DNA of 63,194 nucleotides, the filler included, from Welwitschia mirabilis (Eukaryota): assembly GCA_051453625.1 (NCBI GenBank). It is 4 parts of one record of this genome, joined end to end, with 100 filler letters (N's around TTAATTAATTAA, not from the genome) between each part and the next. Parts side by side here need not be neighbours in the genome. Positions count along the whole stretch, not along the records: positions 1 to 14,636 come from JBOZIK010000001.1; 3 more parts are not named here. One strand, written 5' to 3'. A program made the position numbers and the translations under genes. Each line of letters opens with the position of its first letter. Position 1 is the stretch's first letter. The notes beneath the pieces were generated by a model that made no database searches, was not told where the DNA came from, and saw nothing but the letters and a program-made list of their open reading frames with translations. This document shows, in pieces, positions 1-12,800 of the stretch.

Positions 1-2318
1 GTCACTTTAAAGGATATGTTAGCCAACACAAATAGGAAACTTAAAAACCTATTTGACCTACCCCCTAGAGATGACGTAGAGTTAAAAAACTTAAATGCCT
101 ATCCTACCTTTTTTGGAGAATCTAATAAAAACCCATTCCAACACATAGCCGATATTGAATAACTCATTCTTACTTCAGGAAATGGGAAAAATAAAATTTT
201 AAATAAAACCTATATGATAATTTTTCCATTTACCTTAAAAGAAAAAGTAAAAAGTTGGTTTAAAGCCATTTCATATAGAAGTTATAAGTCATGGAATCAT
301 GTACAAGAAGTCTTTATCAAACCGTTCATGAATGAGATAGTCATGAGGACAAGAAGAAAAGAAGTAATAAAGTTTCAATAATACCATCACGAAGATCACT
401 CCTCCATGTATGAAATAATCTTGATTGTCATATCATTCAACCTGATGAATGAGTTTGAAAAATAAGAACTTATTAATCACTTCTATAATGGATTGAATAA
501 TCAAACTAGACAAATGACAGATTTTTCATGTGATGGAGATTTACTCAATTTAACCTTAAACAATTCTTAGAACTTATTCAAAGATCTTATAGAAAGAAGT
601 CAAAATTCACCAAAAACTACATGTAGAGACACTAAAACTATAGGTGAAATTCTTAGAGACTCGAAAAAAGTGCGACATGAAAAATAACAACGAAAGGTTA
701 ACATGCTACTTAGTGATCTTATTAGTACATTGGAGAGTTACACAAAAGCTTTGACTGATGAGAAATTGTTAAATCAACTCAACCATTATGAAATATGTGA
801 TGAAAACTATCATTCTACCAAGGAATACCTAGCTTTCTTAACTTGTAGAGAGGCCATATTCAATGAATTTTATGCATTCAATCAAAGGCCAAATAATGTT
901 GGAGGCAACCAATAATATTCACCAAGAAATAATGGACCTTTAACATATTTCTAACCTTTATTTGATAATAAATACAGAGGTCATAACTCTCATCCCAAAT
1001 TTTCCAACTACAATAAAAATGATCCCTACAGAGAAATGATGGAGGAACTAAAAAATACACAAGATACCACCAATGAAATCTTAGAAAATCAAAATAAAAA
1101 CCTAGAAATTTTGATTATCCTCCTTCGACATAACATGTTAGGAAATCAAAGGCCTCAAGGATGACTTTCCACTCAAACTATTTTAAACCTAAATAATGTA
1201 AAGAAAGATTGGAAAGTAGTAACTAGAAGTAAACATAACATTACTCCTCATGAGAAACCTTCAACTTTTGTCCATAAAAATAAGGAAAAAACTTAAGAAG
1301 ATGATATTAAAATTCTTAATCAATTGAACTTTCCTCCTACTCTTAACTCTAAATCCAACAATAATAACCATCATCAAAAGGAGAAAAATACCCCATGGCT
1401 AGAAATATTAAATAAGAATTCAACTTATGATGAGTGTTTGAAGCAATTATGAATAATGTTATTATTAACCTACCCTTTTGGAAGATCCTTCAAGACAATC
1501 CCAAGTATGACAAAATTTAGAAGGAGTTAGTAAAAAGAAAACAAAAGAGGGTAATCCCAAGTAAAGTATTCATTGCACAATCTCTTTCCAACTTAGTTTC
1601 TCAAAAAAATCCTAAGTTTAAATATCCAGAGATAGCCACTGTTGATGTTGTTTTGGAAGGAAATAAGAAAATCAAGAAATATCTAATATACATAGGAGCA
1701 AGTATCAATATTATGCCTTTACATATTTGTGAAAAGCTTGGATTAGAAGGGAGAATTGGACTACCAAAATAGTATTGTAATTGGCTGATGCATCAATTAA
1801 GAAACTTATAGGAATAATCAAAGGTTTAGTGATTTAAATTAAGGAAGTTTTCTACCCTATAGATGTGGTCATCATTAAGGTTGAACATAATGGTGGATAT
1901 CCTCTAATTTTAGGAAGATCCTTTTGTGCAACATCCCATTATGTCATTGATACTTGCACGAGGATGATGGAATGTCATATAGGCAATAAAGATTTTAGTA
2001 TCAGAGTATTTGATACTGCTAAAAAGACATGGAAAAAGAATTAAACATGGAAGAAAAAGTTAGGTCATCCATGTTAGTTCAACATCATCCTTTAGAAGAA
2101 AGACTCCTTTCATTACATAACTCTACCCTGTTTGAGGACGAGAAAAAATCTTTAATTATTCTTAAATCTTTAAACTCCTTTAATCTTTGCAACCTCAACT
2201 CAAATCTTTTAAACCACTCTTCCAATAATAATTTTCATAAAGACTTTGAACCCATACTTGATCATGATATCCAACATGTAAGATCCATTGAAAATCTTTT
2301 ACATCAAGATGGGTGTTC
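1..2318 (+). pseudogene. Athila-like gag-protease pseudo-ORF, copy 1
   Basis: Many stops and frameshifts; colinear with 59600-61880. Confidence 0.8.
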
Positions 2319-2418
2319 NNNNNNNNNNNNNNNNNNNNNNNNNNNNNNNNNNNNNNNNNNNNNNNNNNNNNNNNNNNNNNNNNNNNNNNNNNNNNNNNNN
2401 NNNNNNNNNNNNNNNNNN

Positions 2419-4300
2419 GTGAAATATGTGATGAAAATTATCACTCTACCAAGGAATGCCTAGCTTTACTAACTTATAAAAAGGCCATATTCAATGAAGC
2501 TTATGCATTCAATCAAAGGCCAAACAACTTTGAAGGCAATCAACAATATCTACCAAGAAATAATGAACCTTCAACATCTTTCCAACCTTCATTTGATAAC
2601 AATTACAGAAATCATAACTCTCTGCCTAATTTTTCCAACTACATTAAAAATGATCCTTATAGATAAATGATGGAGGAACTCAAAAAGACACAAGATACCA
2701 CCAATGATATTTTAGAAAAATTAGAATAAAAACTTAGAAAATTTGATTGGCCTCGTTTTTCAAAACATGTTAGAAAAACAAAGACCTCAAGGATCACTTG
2801 CCACTTAAACTATTCTAAATCCAAATGATGTAATGAAAGATTGGAAAGTAGTAACTAGAAGTGGACATAACACTACTTCTTGTGAGAAACCTTCAACTTC
2901 TGTCCATAAAGAAAAACCTCAAGAAGATCATATTAAAATTTTTGATCAACTAAACTTTTCTAAATCCAACAATAACATCCGACATCCTAAGGAGAAGACT
3001 ACCTCATGGCTGGAGAGATTACACAACAATCCAACTTATGATGAATATTTGAAAGTAATTATGAATGATGTTACTATCAACTTACCATTTTGGAAGGTCC
3101 TTTAAGACAACCCCAAGTACAACAAAATTTGTAAGGACATAGTAAAAATAAAATAAAAGAGAGTAATTCCAAGTAAAGTATTTATTGCTCAATCTCTTTC
3201 TAACTTAGTTTCTTAAAAATGTCTTAAGTTTAAAGATCCAGGGGTGGCCACTGTTGGTGTTATTTTAGAAGGAAATAAGAAAATCAAGAAATCTCTAATA
3301 TACATAAGAGCAACTGTCAATATTTTTTGCCTTTACACATTTGTAAAAAGCTTGGATTAGAAGGGAGAATTGAACCTACCAAAATAGTATTGGAATTGTC
3401 TGATCCATTAATTAGGAAACAAATAAGAATAATTAAAGACTTATTAATTCAAATTAAGGAAGCTTTTTACCCTATATATGTGGTTATCATAAAGGTTACA
3501 TAATGGTTGATACCCTCTACTTTTAGAAAGAGCCTTTTGTACAATAGCCCATTGTGTTATTGATACTTGCACAGGGATGATGGAATGTTATATAGGTAAT
3601 AAAAAGTTTAGTATCAGAGCATTAATGCTGCTAAAAAAGACATGGAAGACAAATTAGACATAGAAGACAAAGTTAGGTTATTCATGTTAGTTAACATCAT
3701 CCTTTTAAAGAAAGGCTCCTTTCTATACATAACTTTGCCTTATTTAAGGATGAGGAAGAATCTTCTATTAGTCTTAAATATTTAAAATCCTTTAATTCTT
3801 ACAACCTCAATCCAAATCTTTTAAACCACTCTTCCGATAATGATTTTCATAAGAACTTTAAACCCATACTTGAGCATGATATCCAACATGTAAGATCCAT
3901 TTAAAATCTTTTACATCAAGATGGTTGTTCAACAACTATGAAGGATGAAAATGATCACTAACTTAAATAATTACCTAATGGCTTGAAATACATGTTCATA
4001 AATAATACTCTTAATAAGTCATTGATTATGAGTTCTCAGCTTCACCCTTCCTAAGGAAAATCCTTACTTAATCATATCATTAAGCCAGTACTCAAGGACA
4101 AAATTGATAAACTTATAGACATAGGTCAATTTGGGCTTTTGCATAAAACTTAAGTACATCCTATGCATAACAAGCTGACCTCCAAATGGCTCAGTCCTTA
4201 TCATGTGAAAAGAATACATTCTAATGGCTCTATTAAGATCTCTAATTTTCAAACTCAAGAAATCAAAAGAGTAAATGGACAAAGGTTAAAACTTTATACA
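2419..4300 (+). pseudogene. Athila-like gag-C/protease pseudo-ORF, copy 2, joined directly to an integrase C-terminal remnant
   Basis: Diverged duplicate of ~790-2318, then the LPNGLKY pre-RT linker, then the KLTSKW..NGQRLK motif. No RT, RNaseH or integrase core motifs lie between. Confidence 0.8.
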
Positions 4301-5879
4301 TCTCTAGATGATTGTTGTTATACCTTGAACATGATAGAAGAACCTAACTTGGAAGATCCTCTTTGCAAAAAAGAAGATCTTCCCTTGGTCATCTACTAGA
4401 TTCTTTTTTAGCTTTATTTCTTATTTTAATTTATGAGACTACTTAATCATCTTTAACTTGATTTATGTTTGACTTCCATAGGTGTTACCATGATTAAGTA
4501 ATTTTTTATTTTAGGTTTTCATATGATAAAGATTGGATTCAGCTAATCTTAAGATATTCCAATGTCTACAATCAATCTCCTTGGTTATTTTATGAAAAAA
4601 TAGCAATTATGTTAATTTGATGCTTGTTTTCAGTCATACACTTTATTACCTTATCATTCCAATGATTAATCAATGCTGTCAAAAATGGAGAGTCTAACTC
4701 AATGGAAAAGAATAAAAAATGAAAAGCAAGAGGGAAAAAGTAGTTAAAAAAAAGGAAAGAAAGAAAAAGAAAAAGAAAAAAAAGGAAAAGAAAAATGAAT
4801 CACCCTCTTGTAATTATACCATGATGTCCGCAAGCGTATCAGGGAAAATTTTCCTGAAAGAAGCCTTTGACAGTATGATATGGTAGCTGTGGGAACTTCA
4901 CTAGAGGATTAGTTGGCCATGATCTAGCTTTAGCTTACGGTCCTCATTCTCTTGGTGGTGGTTGCACTCCCCTCATCATAACGAACGATATTGTTCAACA
5001 CCCCATTGACTAAAAAATCCCATCACTTCAAGGCATAGACTTTAAGAGCGTATGAGTATATTAATCATTAGATGACATCTTATCAAAGTACTATGGTTGT
5101 CACAGCAGAAGAGGGATTGAATTATAGTCCCAACATGACTTGATACCTTGCTAAACATAATCATTAGATATAGTCATCATCACTACTTTTTCGAATGGTA
5201 CTTTATAGTGTTCTATATTGAATCATGGATTTCTTTATGAAATAGCTTTATAACCCTTACCAAGAAGTTTTGCTAAGTTTGAATTTAGGAAAAAATTTAA
5301 TCTTTTTCATGTTCTATTTTGTCCATTTTCCTTTTTGTCTTAACTTAGTTTGTGGGTTTGTTTTCTCAAAGTTATTTTTCTCACTTTTCCCAAAATAATG
5401 TTTAGAACTTTATCATTTTCTAGTCTATTTATTACATTTTTCATCACTCAATTATTATACATAAAATCAAATTAACCTCTGCCTTGACCATCCTTTCGTA
5501 TGATAGTATTGATGCTCTCCTTTCCTTTAACAATCTCACTTTTTATAATCTCTTCTTTGAATTAACCTTGCAATCATGAAATCTTTCCCTTTCCTTCATG
5601 ACTTATGCAACTCAAGACAACTTGCTCATTTAGTTAGGGATAGACACCTATATTACATGATTTGTAAGCCAAATTATTTCACCAAACTTTGCTATGGTGT
5701 TAAACTTAATGATTTATAATATACATCAATTTCACTTGTGCTTTTTCATAGATGTATTTCACATTTTGTACTCTTAATTCTAAATGATATACATGTTTTG
5801 AGTTTCTTTTCTTTAGTTGGCTCGAAACTTGTTATTCGCTTACTTTGTTAGGGACTGACAAATGCTAAGTGGGGGGCTA

Positions 5880-6390
5880 TGTTGTGATGCTAACTTAACC
5901 TATTTAATACACTTGTGGAGTATATTTTTAGGTCCTATTAATAGGTTTTTCCAAGGATTTATGTAAATGATATAAAGATTTTATATAGGTTAAAAGATGT
6001 AACAATTTCCAACATGAGAAGCCATCTTTAGATAATGATGAACCAAATCAATGTGATGAAGATATTATGATCATCCTCCCTATTATGAGGATGATAGAGG
6101 AGATGATAGAAAGAAATGTATGATCATCCTTTATGTCATGGAAATGAAAATCGGGATGGCAGTCAGCATATTTAATGTGTGCTAAGTATTAGTTGGCAGA
6201 TGGAGTGTTGTCCTTTATGTCATGGGGACAACATAATAGACGATGGTTAAAATAATTTGTAAACTTAATTAAATTATTATGAAAGAATAGATCTAACTCA
6301 TACCTCTTCATTTCACATCCTATAGTGACCTATCCCAACCTATAAATAGATCCTTTCAGACCCTATTCAAAATCATCCTGTGTTGTCTGT
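5880..6390 (+). repeat. 3' LTR, partial, cut by gap
   Basis: Starts TGTTGTGATG after the PPT; aligns with 7900-8400. Confidence 0.8.
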
Positions 6391-6490
6391 NNNNNNNNNN
6401 NNNNNNNNNNNNNNNNNNNNNNNNNNNNNNNNNNNNNNNNNNNNNNNNNNNNNNNNNNNNNNNNNNNNNNNNNNNNNNNNNNNNNNNNNN

Positions 6491-8973
6491 CCTTGGCCAT
6501 CTACTAGATTCTTTCTTAGCTTTATTCCTTGGTTTAAGTTTTGAGACTACTTGATCATCTTTAACTTGATTTATATTTGACTTCCTTAGATATTATTATG
6601 ATTAAGTAATTATTTACTTTAGGTTTTCATCTGATAAAGATTAGATTCAGCCAATCTTTAAATATTCCAACATCTATAATCAATCTCCTTAGTTATTTTA
6701 TGGAAAAATATCAATTATGTTAATTTGATGCTTATTTTTAGCCATATACTTTGTTACCTTATCATTCCAATAATTAATCAATGCTGTCAAAAATGGGGAC
6801 TCTAAGTCAATGAAAAAGAATTATAAAATGAAAAGCAAGAGGGGAAATATAGAAAAAAAGAAAAAAAGGAAAAAAAAGAATGACTCACCCTCTTGCAATT
6901 ATATCATGATGTACTACCATAAGCATACTGGGGCAAATTTTCCTGAGAGGGATCTTTGGTAGTATGATATGATAGTTATGGAAATTTCATTAGAGAATTA
7001 ATTGGCCATAATCTAGCTTCAGCTTGTGAGTCCTTATTCTCTTGGAAGTGGTTGCACTCCCCTTGTCATGATGAATGATGTTGTTCAACATCCCATTGAC
7101 TAAAACTCCCATCACTCCAAGGCACAGACTTTGAGAGCATATGAGTATATTGATTATTGGATGATATCTTATCAAAGTACTATGGTTGCCATATCTAAAG
7201 AGGAATTGAATTATAGTCCAAACATGACTTGATGCCTTGCTAAACATAACCATTAGATATTATCATCATCACTACCATTTTGAACGGTACTCTATGATGT
7301 TTTACATTAAATAATGCATTTTTATATCAAGTAGCTTTATAACCTTATCAAGAAATTTTGCTAAGTTTAAATTTTAGGCAAAATATTAATCTTCTTCATG
7401 TTCTATCTTATCCATTTTCCTTTTTGTTTTATTTTAGTTTATTGGTTTGTCTTCTCAAATTCATTTTTTTACCTTTCCCAAAATAATATTAGGACTTTGT
7501 CATTTTCTAGTCTACTTCTTACATTTTTCATCACTTGATTATTATGAATAAAATCAAATTAACCTTTACCTTTATCATTCTTTCACATGATAGTATTGAT
7601 GCCCTCCTGTCTTTTAACAATCTCCCTTTTTATAACCTCTTCTGCCACTTAACCTTGCAATCATGAAATCTTACCCTACTTTACCTTTCCTTCATGACTT
7701 ATGCAAATTTTCTATGATGTTAAACTTAATGATTTAAAATATACATCAATTTTACTTATGCTTTTCCATAGATATATTTTACATGTTGTACTCTTAATTC
7801 TAAATGATATACATGTTTTGGGTTTCTGTTCATCATTTAGCTTGCAACTTGTTATTCCCTTACTTTGTCAAGGATTGATAAATGCTAAGTGGAGGGCTAT
7901 GTTGTGATGTCAACTTGACTTATTTAATACACTTGTGGAGTATATTTTCAGATCCTATTAATAGGTTTTTCTAGGGATTTACGCAGATTCTACAAAGCTT
8001 CTATACAAGTCAAAAGATGTAATAATTTTCTAAATAAGAATCCATTTTTAAATAATGATTAATCAAATCCATGTGATAAAGGTATATTCATCATCCTCCA
8101 TGTCATGGAAATAATAGAGGGGATGACAGTTAGAAACGTATGATCATCCTCTATGCCGTGGGGATGATGATAGGGATGACAGTCAACATTTTTGACACAT
8201 GCTAAGCATTAGTTGGCAGATGGGTATCGTCCTCTATGTCATGGGGACGACATGAGGGATGAAACTTAAAATAATTTGTAAACTTAATTAAGTTTTTATG
8301 AAAGGGTGGATCTAACTTATACCTCTTCATTTCACACCCTTAGCGACCTATCCCAAGTCATAAATAGATCCTTTTAGACCCTATTCAAAATCATCTTTTG
8401 CATTTACATTCTTATAACAATTGGAGATTGTTGGAGGTAAAGAGATCCATTTTACTTATGAGAAGAACCATCTTAGTGTTTGGCAGTGAATCTTTCATTG
8501 AGGAGTTTTTGTTGTAAGTGGATGTACTTCAATTTTATTAATAAAGGTATTGATTGAATTGAAATATTTTCAAATGTTTTATTATTCTTCCTTATAGCTT
8601 ATCTTAATTACAATTTAAGTGACATAAATTTGTAATTGAAATAAGTTATAAAAACCAGTCTAAGTGACAGTAGATTGGAAGTTTAATTAATTTATTGCAT
8701 TGGAATTGCATTCATTACATTGCATTTCATTTTATTCCATTGCATTATTTAGTTTTTTTTAAATTAAAACTACAAAAATATATCATTCTTTTTTTTATGA
8801 AATCAATGTTCCAAATTCTCTTTTAGAAGTCTTCTCTAAGTGTATGACATTTGGGTTGATCCCACTATACAAATGTGTATTGTGTAAAATTAGATTATTA
8901 GCATTTTAGATGTTGCAAGTTAAATTCGATCTTTAGAATATTGAAATTAGAAGCACAAATATGCATTGCAACA
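6491..8973 (+). mobile_element. Second copy of the Athila-like 3' UTR, PPT and complete 3' LTR
   Basis: 6491-8400 is a diverged duplicate of ~4382-6380; PPT AAGTGGAGGG precedes the LTR. Confidence 0.85.
7900..8973 (+). repeat. Complete ~1074-bp Athila-like LTR
   Basis: TGTTGTGATG...CATTGCAACA imperfect terminal inverted repeats; TATAAATAG-like box near 8360; 3' end GCACAAATATGCATTGCAACA parallels GCACAAATGTGCACCACAACA at 58786-58806. Confidence 0.85.
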
Positions 8974-9380
8974 TTCCACGATGAAACAAACTTGATGAAT
9001 TCAACACTTGTATGGTGTTATAAGAATGATGTAGATATTAATTAAACATATCCATAACACTCCTCCTTAATCATAGAAATATCATTATACGTTAGATTGA
9101 TCATTCAAAAATTTTGTAATTGTTTACTAGTTTCCCCTTATTTTAATCATAGAATTTTAGGATTATCATATCTCATCAATATTTATATTTCCTAATCCAA
9201 GTGTATATATTTTTTCTCATTCATACAATCCAATTGATTAGGTTTCATACTCTTCAAATAGTGACATACTAATTTTCATTCATTCTTCTAATATTATGAC
9301 AAATCTTAAGTTTATCTATTTTGATCATTAACTAAATTTATTGAGTGTTTTCATTGTTCATGTTAACTTGAGAATAAAAA
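8974..9380 (-). mobile_element. Highly decayed copia 3' end (RNaseH remnant, PPT, LTR fragment)
   Basis: Minus strand reads TTAAGGAGGAG-TGTTA at ~9070-9055 (copia PPT/LTR junction); faint SKxINLRF RNaseH-like remnant near 9310-9330. Confidence 0.4.
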
Positions 9381-9467
9381 TACCCCCTTTTTTTCTTTAA
9401 GTCTTATAGGGGTGCTTTTTACAATAAAATACTTTTTTCCCCAAGTTACCATGAGCTATTACTTTTG

Positions 9468-9592
9468 TTCTCTCTCTTTCTTACACACACACATACACAC
9501 ACACACGCACTCACTCACTCACTCACACTCTCTCTTACTTTTTATTTTTCTCTCTCTCTCACACACGCACACTCTCTCTATCTTTCTCTCTC
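9468..9592. repeat. Compound (CT)n/(CA)n/(CACT)n microsatellite
   Basis: Read directly from the sequence. Confidence 0.9.
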
Positions 9593-9899
9593 ATATGTAA
9601 TTAACACTTTTTAAACTAAACCCATTTATGTACTTAGATAAGAAGATTTAGAAATATATTCTAGGATATATTTTTTAAGATTAATGTCAAAGGAGTAAAA
9701 TTGTACTATTTTCCTTTTCATGGAGCATTATGTTATCCATGACAAATATAAGTACTAAAGTATTGTCTATGAAAAAATGTATAAGTAGAGATGAAAAATA
9801 AGAAAAACTTGCAAAGATAAATGAGTAGAGACCTAAAGAGACAATTAGGTCAATAACAAGCTTAAGAGAAAAAGAGTTAAAGGTGCATGTTTTAGGCCA

Positions 9900-12800
9900 T
9901 AAAAATATTTTTTCCCAAAATTCTAATGAATAGGAATGATAGAAAATATTGAATTATACAGTTCTTGAGATGTGAAGGATTATATGAATATGTATAACCC
10001 AAAATTTAAAATTTACAAAATCAACTCTAGTGTAATGAAAATTCAAGCACTCTGTGAAAAAACAAAGCTCCTAAAATATAACTGAACCATTCTTAGAAAA
10101 AGATCTCATTGGAAATAAAGAATTTACAATGTTTATTGAGACTGATGAAGTCAATATCCTATAAACAGTTAATTACATTAGTTAATGAAAAATGTAAGAA
10201 TGCGATTTGAGATCAAGAACCTTCAAGAACCAAATAATAAACTTTCTACATATAAACTTTCTTATCGTAAAACTAGATAGAGTTTGTAATAATAAATATT
10301 AAAATTTCAAGGTCCTAAACTATCTTTTGATTTGGCTTATAAGAAGAAATTGAAACAAAACTTGGAGGAAGAAAATCAATCTCTAGAAAAACATTAAATA
10401 AGGATAAGACAATTTTTCCATTCAAGTTTAAGGTTAAATGTTTAAAGTTCATTGATACAGTAGTCAAAGCTTTAGTGAATTGGAACCAAGCATACCCAAA
10501 ATATTTATTCTAGAGGAAGACAAGTAAAAAAATTCCAACTAAAGCAACTATAAATGTATTAAATATTACTACTAAGAGTTTGAATGATCTAGCAAAATTC
10601 TATGAATTAGATTTGTAATTATCAAGGTTTTTAGAAGATTTGTTTATGTTTTTCATAATACATGATGGAAATCCATTTATAACTTTTGTATCTTCTTCAC
10701 TACTATTTGTGAAATGGTGATCTTAAAAATCTTTTCATCTAAATACTACATAATTATGGAATTAAAACTAAAACTAACATTTTATTATGCCCATAGACTA
10801 GAAGGATACAGTGGATAATTGAAATGTACATGCAATGCGATTTAAAAACATCATTAATAAAGTTATCAAGTGTTTTTGTACAATTTGGAATAGTCAATTT
10901 GATTGAAAACTATAATGTGCCACTTATGTCTTATGTGCTCAAATGTAGAACATTATAGGAAAATGTGATGTTCATCTTTAATAATATTTTGATTTCATAA
11001 TCAACAAATCCATTCTTATCGAGGAATATTGAGCCATTTGCCTATTTGAGCTCTCAAATAATAAGGTCCCATTCTTGCTTTATAAATTACACACTATAAA
11101 TGTTGAGAAATAACAACTATTAAATAGGTTTCCTTGATATTGAGACCTCCTTTAATGCTGCTCAACTTGAAATGTCTCTTTCTTTTTCTGGTCTCCCATA
11201 GATTTTGAAGCACCTTTTGTTTGTTTCACAATGTTTCAAACCTGTTTAGGATCACAATAGGAAGTGTTCTTTTGATTTATTAAACTATAAGACTTCATCA
11301 TAAAACCATCCTTCATCTTGTGTTACCAAGGTCACTCTTTTCGAGAACTTGTCCATTATAACTACAAAAAGATTACGAGTGTTTACCCTAAACTAGTAAA
11401 TAACGTTAACTTCTATGTGGGTCATCTTTTCTTCCAGTACTATAATATCATATCATGTCTATGTCTTCACTCTAAATTTCTCTGATAAAAATAACCTTTT
11501 AATTTCTTCTTCTTGTTATTTCTCCTCTTTTTTTCGTTAGGACTTACTTATGAGACTAGGGCTTTCAGTAACACATCCATAAAGAATAGTTGGTTGAATA
11601 ATAGCATCATATCATTGCTTTCATTTTTCTAAGCTAAAATAGATTTCTTCTTACATTCCTCCCCCCAAGGCAAATAAGGCTTTTATTCCATTTTTTACTC
11701 TTTGAGAAATGCATTTGTCCCATTTGTAATTGCCTGAGCATTCTAAGCCAAGGGATTTACAAGGGGAAATTAAATCTGAGTGCTCGTTTCTTATAATGAA
11801 ATTATACTCATTATTACATTTTCCCTACATTAGGAATTTTGTTTTCCATACGTTAACTTTCATTCATGAATGTTGACAAAACTCATTAAGAGTGTCAAGC
11901 ATATATTACAATCCATCTTTTAAGTTTGAAATTAAAACAACATCAACATACAACAAGAGTCTAATAGGACTATCTCTGATTTTAATTGTATACTTAATTA
12001 GCAGATTATACATTAAACCTTCAAGTTTATTAATAAAAAATCCACATAGAGTTGCAGAAAGAAGGCATCTTTGTTTTACATCGATAAAGATATGAAATAA
12101 AATAGTTTCTTAGCCATCTTTGAGTTGGATGCATATGCCTTTGAAAATTTTGTGGGTTGTAGATAGTAAGGTTGTTGAAGGTCCTAACTTGTGAAAGTGC
12201 CTCCACAACTTGCTTTAGCTAACATAATCATATGCTTTGAAAAATCAAAATGTCTACAAAGTAGATAAAGTTTTCTTATGTGGACCTTTTTCTTTATCAG
12301 TAAGATATTTGAGGGTGATCAAGTGGGCTATAGCCAAATGGTGTCACTTGACACCTCCTTATGACACTACACATACCTTCCATCCTTAAGCCCATTTCCC
12401 AACCGTAAACTCTAGAATAGTGGCTATAAGCTTGGCAAAAGATTTACTAATTACAAACAACTTATAGTTATATAGATCATTCATGTCTTCTTCATTAAGT
12501 AGCATAGCTGCCTCATTAATACACCATACCTTTTTAAATAACTTGCATAGCTAAATTTAATGTCTTCTACATTGCATCCCATTCCAATGGTTCACTTCCT
12601 TTAAGCATTTCTCCATATAACTTATTTACACAACTAGTAGTACTTGATGCCTATCTTCAAATAACTTGCATTATATCATTAAAAGAAATGGACAATGTAT
12701 TATCAATACTATGAAAGTCTTCTAGCTCTTTCTTGCCCTGAAATAAAGCTTGATAAAAATTTTGAATATATTTGAAAAAAATGCATGTTTTATTCTTTCT

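Larger units (their letters stand above)
1..6390 (+). mobile_element. Athila-like Ty3/gypsy, non-autonomous deletion derivative (gag, PR, integrase C-terminal tail, long 3' UTR, PPT, partial 3' LTR); composite across the gap at 2319-2418
   Basis: Frame-disrupted gag (DLPPRDDVELKNLNAYPTFFGE..NPFQHIADIE; FPFTLKEKVKSWF), protease (IGASINIMPL..ILGRSFCAT), integrase tail KLTSKWLSPY..VNGQRLKLY (4172-4297), PPT AAGTGGGGGG at ~5867-5876, then TGTTG at 5880. Homologous to the element starting at 57593. Confidence 0.85.
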
